This document shows positions 46,613 through 64,000 of a stretch of DNA of 64,000 bases, in pieces. The DNA is taken from contig JAQGDQ010000006.1 in assembly GCA_030141605.1 (NCBI GenBank), positions 248,001 through 312,000 on the forward strand, written 5' to 3'. This stretch comes from Tubiluchus corallicola. Lineage: Eukaryota > Animalia > Priapulida. The notes below the pieces were generated by a model that saw nothing but the letters and a program-made list of their open reading frames with translations, searched no databases and had not been told where the DNA came from. Numbering within the stretch: position 1 is the stretch's first letter; each line of letters starts with the position of its first letter. The position numbers and the translations under genes were made by a program.

Positions 46613-46625
46613 GTTTCTAAGCAAC
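46613..46625 (+). promoter_or_regulatory. RFX-binding X-box, probable DRC1 ciliary promoter element
   Basis: GTTTCT-A-AGCAAC matches the X-box consensus GTTNCY-N(0-3)-RGYAAC; lies between RPL11 and the motile-cilia gene DRC1. Confidence 0.65.
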
Positions 46626-46699
46626 AAAGAAACATTACTGTTTTCACTTTTGTGTGTACAGTTTGTAATTTTGCGCGTTAAAGAGGTAAAAGCTTCAAA

Positions 46700-47130
46700 T
46701 TTTAATGTTGTTGTTGTAAGACTTCGATTATTTAGTGCTTATGTTACCAGCATATTTATGTACAACAGCGAAACTTGTGGTTTGACGATTACTCAAGAAA
46801 AGCAGATTTATACACCACAACGAAAGAAATTTATTGGAGTTCAAAAGTCAAAATCCGATGATTAAGGTGGCTAGGACATCTTCTAAGATTACCAAATGAA
46901 GCACCAGTAAGAATCGCTTTAAAGGAAGCCTTAAAACCACATGACAAACCTAAAACAACATGGGTAGCTAAGACAAATAAAGATGTTCAACAACTTCAAC
47001 CAAGCCTATCTTTAGGAGTAGAACTTGCGCTGCTACTGTTAGATGCAGATAGAAGTGGGTGGAACACTCTGATAAATGTTGATACCGCCAATACCTACAA
47101 TAGGTGGAATGAGATTTTGAAGAAGAAGAA
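46700..47130 (+). mobile_element. Decayed LINE 3' fragment with (GAA)n tail
   Basis: Translates LRLFSAYVTSIFMYNSETCGLT (compare LINE post-RT motif lf.s.v.s.llYgsEtW.lt), then GHLLRLPNEAPVRIALKEAL, and ends in gaagaagaagaa. Confidence 0.7.
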
Positions 47131-47725
47131 GTTGGATATTATTAAGTGTTCCATCCATAAAGGTTCATTTCTAGGGTATAGTCTGCAGGAAAACATTCTA
47201 TTTAATGCATTTAAAAAACATACTTGCTTTTATAAAATTTAATTTGATTCAAATTTATTTGTTCTACTACTTACTGATTTAACTGGATGGAGATAGGATA
47301 TGAAATCATAATTTTTTGCACTACAAGTAATTGTATATTGTATCTTTGCCAAATCTCTGGAAATTGGAGATCGACCAGTGACCACTATAGATTGTACCAG
47401 TAACTTCTGTTTTCCCAAAAATGTTTATATAATTAAATAATAATAATGATAATAATAATGTAGACTTTTCAAACAAACACACTGATTCGGTAAAAGCACA
47501 TGGCTTTCCAGTTTTGTTTCCGGATCTTTTCTTAATTATGCACACATGCAGTGTTTTTTGTAAGAATTTTCCCATATTGCGGTAGTTTTTGTTTGAGTAA
47601 CAGTTAAATGAATACTTTGCTGCGTTTCTAGATTTAATTGTGAAGACATGTCAATGTGAAATGATTGGAGATCTTCAGATAAGTGTCATCACCAACGTTT
47701 AATGCTAGCATCGTGTAGTGGCAAC

Positions 47726-59595
<11,870 letters not shown>

Positions 59596-59652
59596 AGAGT
59601 TTCTTCAAGCACTTGTAAAGTGTGGGCCTGCAATGCATGTTAGAGTTAGGTT

Positions 59653-59763
<111 letters not shown>

Positions 59764-62700
59764 ACGTTATTGGAATCAGACGCACGCAACATCATAGCTA
59801 TGTATGTCAACAAAATTGGTCAGCTGTTGCATTATGGATTATAATATGACTGCACTATGAATTGAAATTGCCACTGGCAATGCATAGTTCTGCACATATT
59901 ATTTGCTTGTCATTGTATAGCTGTTTGTCCTAATTAATATTTAAGACAATTCGTTTCTGTTAAAAATATGTGGGTGAAATTTAAATAAATTTATATAAAG
60001 TGCACATACGCTAATAACAAAGTTTTGGTTATATTGTTTACTACAAAAGTGTTATTGTCCTAGAGATTTTTGATTGCATGTATTGCTTTCTTAAAAGTGT
60101 GACATATAGTTGTACGGCCAACTTGGCCATAGCGCCAGTTTCTGCTTTTTCTGACAGCTATAGTAAATAATGCCAGCCTCATTTAATGTCATCAGCTAAA
60201 ATATCATTGCTGTGACAAATGCAATTCTGCATGATAAATTAAGCTTGCTGTAATGCTAGCTTCTCAGTGCACTAATTGTTTCTGCAAAACAGATGGTGTA
60301 CTATATTTTTTAACAATAATTGAGCACAAAAACAATTACTAGGTATTTACGTTTGTTTTTCATAACGATCAAGAAGGAACCATTAAACTGCACAAAACTG
60401 ATAATGGGTTTCAATATAAATTGCCTGCAGTGATTTTACATAATTAAATAAATTAATCTCACGCAAGATTGTTCACAGAAATAACATGCTGCTTCCCAGC
60501 TTAATATACAGCAGCACGAAAGCCATTGCACCGGTGGCAAATTACCAGCATTATTTTTATGATTAATAACGGTAATTGTTTCTTCCGCACTGTACTGCAT
60601 TATTTTTCTAGAACTGTAATACACATGTATTAATGAATATTTTCATAAGTTTTTAACACATCTCAGTTATTTATTTTGAAAACACTCCAATTAAATTTAC
60701 AGCTTATTAACTAAGGAGATAAAAAAAAATAACAAAACAGAATACACAATGTCAGGAAAGCAGGAAACAATGACAAACAAGGTCACAATGAAATGTTTAC
60801 TTAGACAACTGCAATAACAAAATGCTGTTGAACATAATAGACCACATAGATTTTAAAAATACTGTATGGATCTGCATACATGGTGCAACAACCAAAAATG
60901 AACTAAATTAATTTGTATACCGTATGTTCTTAATAAAAAACAAAGCACCACATGCAACTTTAAAGCTTTGTGCATCGATTAATTGCAAACTATTTTAAAT
61001 ACTATAAAATAAAAATATTGTCTGTATATAAATGATGAGGCAGCACCAACACAGCTTATAAGCCCAGGTGCTCAGAAATAGTCAAACATTTTAGGCAATA
61101 TAAATATGTGAATTACCACTGTACAACTGCAGCATTAAAGAAGTATGATAGCAGTATGTTGAAATGGAATAAAAAGCAAAGAAATATGATCCTACTGACA
61201 GTTAAGTCAATAAATTCTATACAATAATACTATCAACTTGAATTAAATGCTACAAAAGTGAATTCATGCATTATATTTAGCTAACACTTTCACTGATCAG
61301 CCAAACGACTGTAATATGCAAAAATCTACGTACATAGAAACTAACTACTAATAAACAGCGACTAAATTTAAATATTTTGCACTATCTATAAAACCTTTAT
61401 TCTTCTAGTTATCATAGTTACTAAGACAATTCACTTTTCAAAAGCACAATTTAAAGTACATGCAAGTTTATTTATCAATCTATAATTACAGATATAGAAA
61501 ATTCTATCTAAAAAGTGTTGTGATATCTTTATTATTTTCTGGAACGATTACACTAAATTCAATTGCTCGTCTTATTTTCCATTTGAAGAAATAAACACAA
61601 ACAACAAGTGCAAGTTTTGCGTTTTCGAAATACTGTTCCAAAGCAAATTCAAGTTTTTCAAAAACAACCAAATAAACCACAATTCCATTTGCATAGTTGT
61701 AAAAGAAATTGAAATTTTATTTTCTACATAATATGTGTATATTATATGAAGCTAAGAATTCAAAAGTATCAATTAGCATTACAAGTAACATTAAAGAATA
61801 ACTAGCCAATGCACATTAAAAAAGTTTATGCAAAAGTTTTACTCTCTGCGTACTACAAGTTTTCCCTGAGAAACACCTTTCAAAGTGGTAGAAACAACAG
61901 ACTACAAAGAAAAGTTTCTATCAATAATGTGTTTCATTATATGGTACAAAGTTGAACATACAATCAAACCCCATCAATAATTATTTTCATGGACGCAAAT
62001 ATTTTTTTATATTCATTGAGTTCATTATAAAGTGGTTACTTATCAGCTGCTTGAGCAAAGAAAAAGCACTGCATGTTAACAGTTAGGTTAAATGTAAACA
62101 AGCAAAACAAGAATTTTCACTTCTTTAAAACCATCACGAATGAAACTATTTAAACAAGTTACAACGTAACCGTGATTAGTGGGTAAATTTCATTCAGTAA
62201 CAAACAACATTTTAGGTATCATTAAACAACTTCCATATTGAAAAAATATACATAATAATGAACCCAGGATGCTGTCAAGCAGCAGTGCATATAAAATATA
62301 AAATTTAATTACAAGTCATTATTTAGATGACAGCATACAATTACTGAACAGACTGTAACAAAACAAAAGCTTGGCTGCAACCTGTGAAAAATCATTGAGC
62401 TTGTTAAAAACTGAACAATGTTATGGAAATTCAGCTGTATATAATAAAAATTTACCATGAATTACATCATAAATATATACAATGTAGTCATGCAAAATGT
62501 GATATACATATTATCATACAAACTGTGACCTTCATTAATGCAACACAATTATAATCAAACTATACGTACACATATGCGACATTGAAGCAATGGTGCAAAT
62601 ATTACACAGTTAAATGTACAGTACCATGGCGTTTCAGGTTGTCTACAAAAACGTATGACAAACAATTTTATTGAAACTGCATCATTCATAGACAGTGCAC

Positions 62701-62784
62701 CAAAATATCTATTTACATGATTTTCAAGGAAACTACATTTGAGTATCATACAATTACATATGCCTGAGCCTGACTGATACACAA

Positions 62785-63851
62785 TTACTTGGATGGGTTT
62801 AGTTCAAGTGATTTTTTACACATTTCTAATGCTCCCTTGTAAGTTTTATTCCCTCCACAGAAGCCATTGGCATGTACAAACACACAATCAGGAATACCTG
62901 TTACTTTACTCAGTTCTTCATCCCGTAAACCTCGCCATTCCTCCGGGAAAGGAAGCCTATATTACACACATTCATATAAACACAAGCAATAAACCTGGAA
63001 CTTCACTAATCATAATATAATTGCTGCTGTAACTTTTGGTGTGTGGATAATGTGGTGTGTCACTGAGCGTGCAAACACAATAGAGTTGTCAGATTGATGA
63101 TATTATAATGATTCTGTAATAATACAGAAAATTAAAAGTATTAGACCTCATTCTAATACCACTAGAAAACAAACATTTTACACAATTATTGTCCATCTGT
63201 AATGATCCGACACTGTATAAATTGGTTGCAGCAATGAACTAGATTCAAAGCTAGTGCAAATATAGGCTAGCGAAAACCCAAAATATTTTGTTGGCAACTT
63301 TACTGTCTTCTAGTCGTGCCACTGGTCTGACAAATCAATATGCCTAAAGCATTAACACTGTCTATGAACTATCATGCTTTCTTTCTTGCTGATACTATGC
63401 TTTCAATATGACGATATGTGTCACAATTTATATAATAGTATTATTTAACAATTGTGAAACTAATACCTGCAGTGGAAGCAATTAGGAAATAATGGAGCAC
63501 TCTGGTTGATCCAAGTGCTACCTTCTGCGTACAAGACATACTTAATTTCTTGTTCTATTCCCAAAGAAAATTCAAGAGAAAATAAGTGATCCTCCCAAGG
63601 AAGCAAGCGATTAAAAACAACAACTTCGCCACTTGCATAAGCCTGATAAAATAAAAAGAATATTACCTGTTTGTAAACGTATGAGAATCAACTGGAACAC
63701 ATTGATTACGCCAGGTGTCATGCTCTTCATCAGCAAACAGAACATATTTTATTGGAACATCCACCTTCAGCTTAACTTCAAGGTCAAATAGATGATCTTT
63801 CCAAGGACAGCCAGTCTGCTTGAAGGATATTATCTCCCCCGTTTTGTGAAC
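62785..63851 (-). CDS. MYG1: MYG1 exonuclease (UPF0160, DHH family), last two exons; 5'-partial
   Basis: Exon 63667-63851 VHKTGEIISFKQTGCPWKDHLFDLE..IKYVLF..WRNQCVPVDSHTFTNR spliced (phase 2) to exon 62785-62956 LPFPEEWRGLRDEELSKVTGIPDCVFVHANGFCGGNKTYKGALEMCKKSLELNPSK*. Matches MYG1 C-terminal motifs PWKEHL, PEPWRGLRD, FVHASGF.GG. Confidence 0.92.
63467..63642 (-). CDS. MYG1: Duplicated alternative (probably mutually exclusive) MYG1 penultimate exon
   Basis: Stop-free 176-nt exon with tttatcAG acceptor and GTatta donor, phase 0 to 2 like its neighbour. AYASGEVVVFNRLLPWEDHLFSLEFSLGIEQEIKYVLYAEGSTWINQSAPLFPNCFHCR is paralogous to exon 63667-63851. Confidence 0.8.
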
Positions 63852-64000
63852 CTATTGCCCAACAAGAATTATTCTTTGGCGTGAAACAGACTAAATCTAG
63901 TGATAGCATTTTCTTTCAACAGGAATCCAATTTTCCACAGGTGCAGCAATGTACTTATGTATAATCAGGAAGTCATATAATATAACACATTGTCAACATA

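Overview
AT-rich, intron-rich eukaryotic (invertebrate animal) genomic DNA, not prokaryotic. Manual splicing gives six protein-coding loci. (1) Class I myosin, MYO1D/Myo31DF type (+, 20 exons 1751-17256, first exon upstream of the window, one GC-AG intron). (2) Intronless GT10 alpha-1,3-fucosyltransferase (+, 23747-24901). (3) Secreted CBM14-LDLa-chitin-deacetylase-like protein with substituted catalytic motifs (+, 9 exons 28818-40944). (4) RPL11 (-, 5 exons 41716-46549, 5'TOP). (5) DRC1/CCDC164 (+, 16 exons 47726-59595), head-to-head with RPL11 across an RFX X-box. (6) The 3' end of MYG1 (-), which carries a tandemly duplicated exon pair only 24 nt apart, a strong candidate for mutually exclusive splicing. 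Introns and intergenic DNA hold several MITEs with TIRs/TSDs, LINE relics (one near-intact RT inside a (GA)n microsatellite), a 5S-rRNA-derived fragment, degenerate minisatellites and candidate intronic structured RNAs. Family assignments come from recalled motifs, not database searches.
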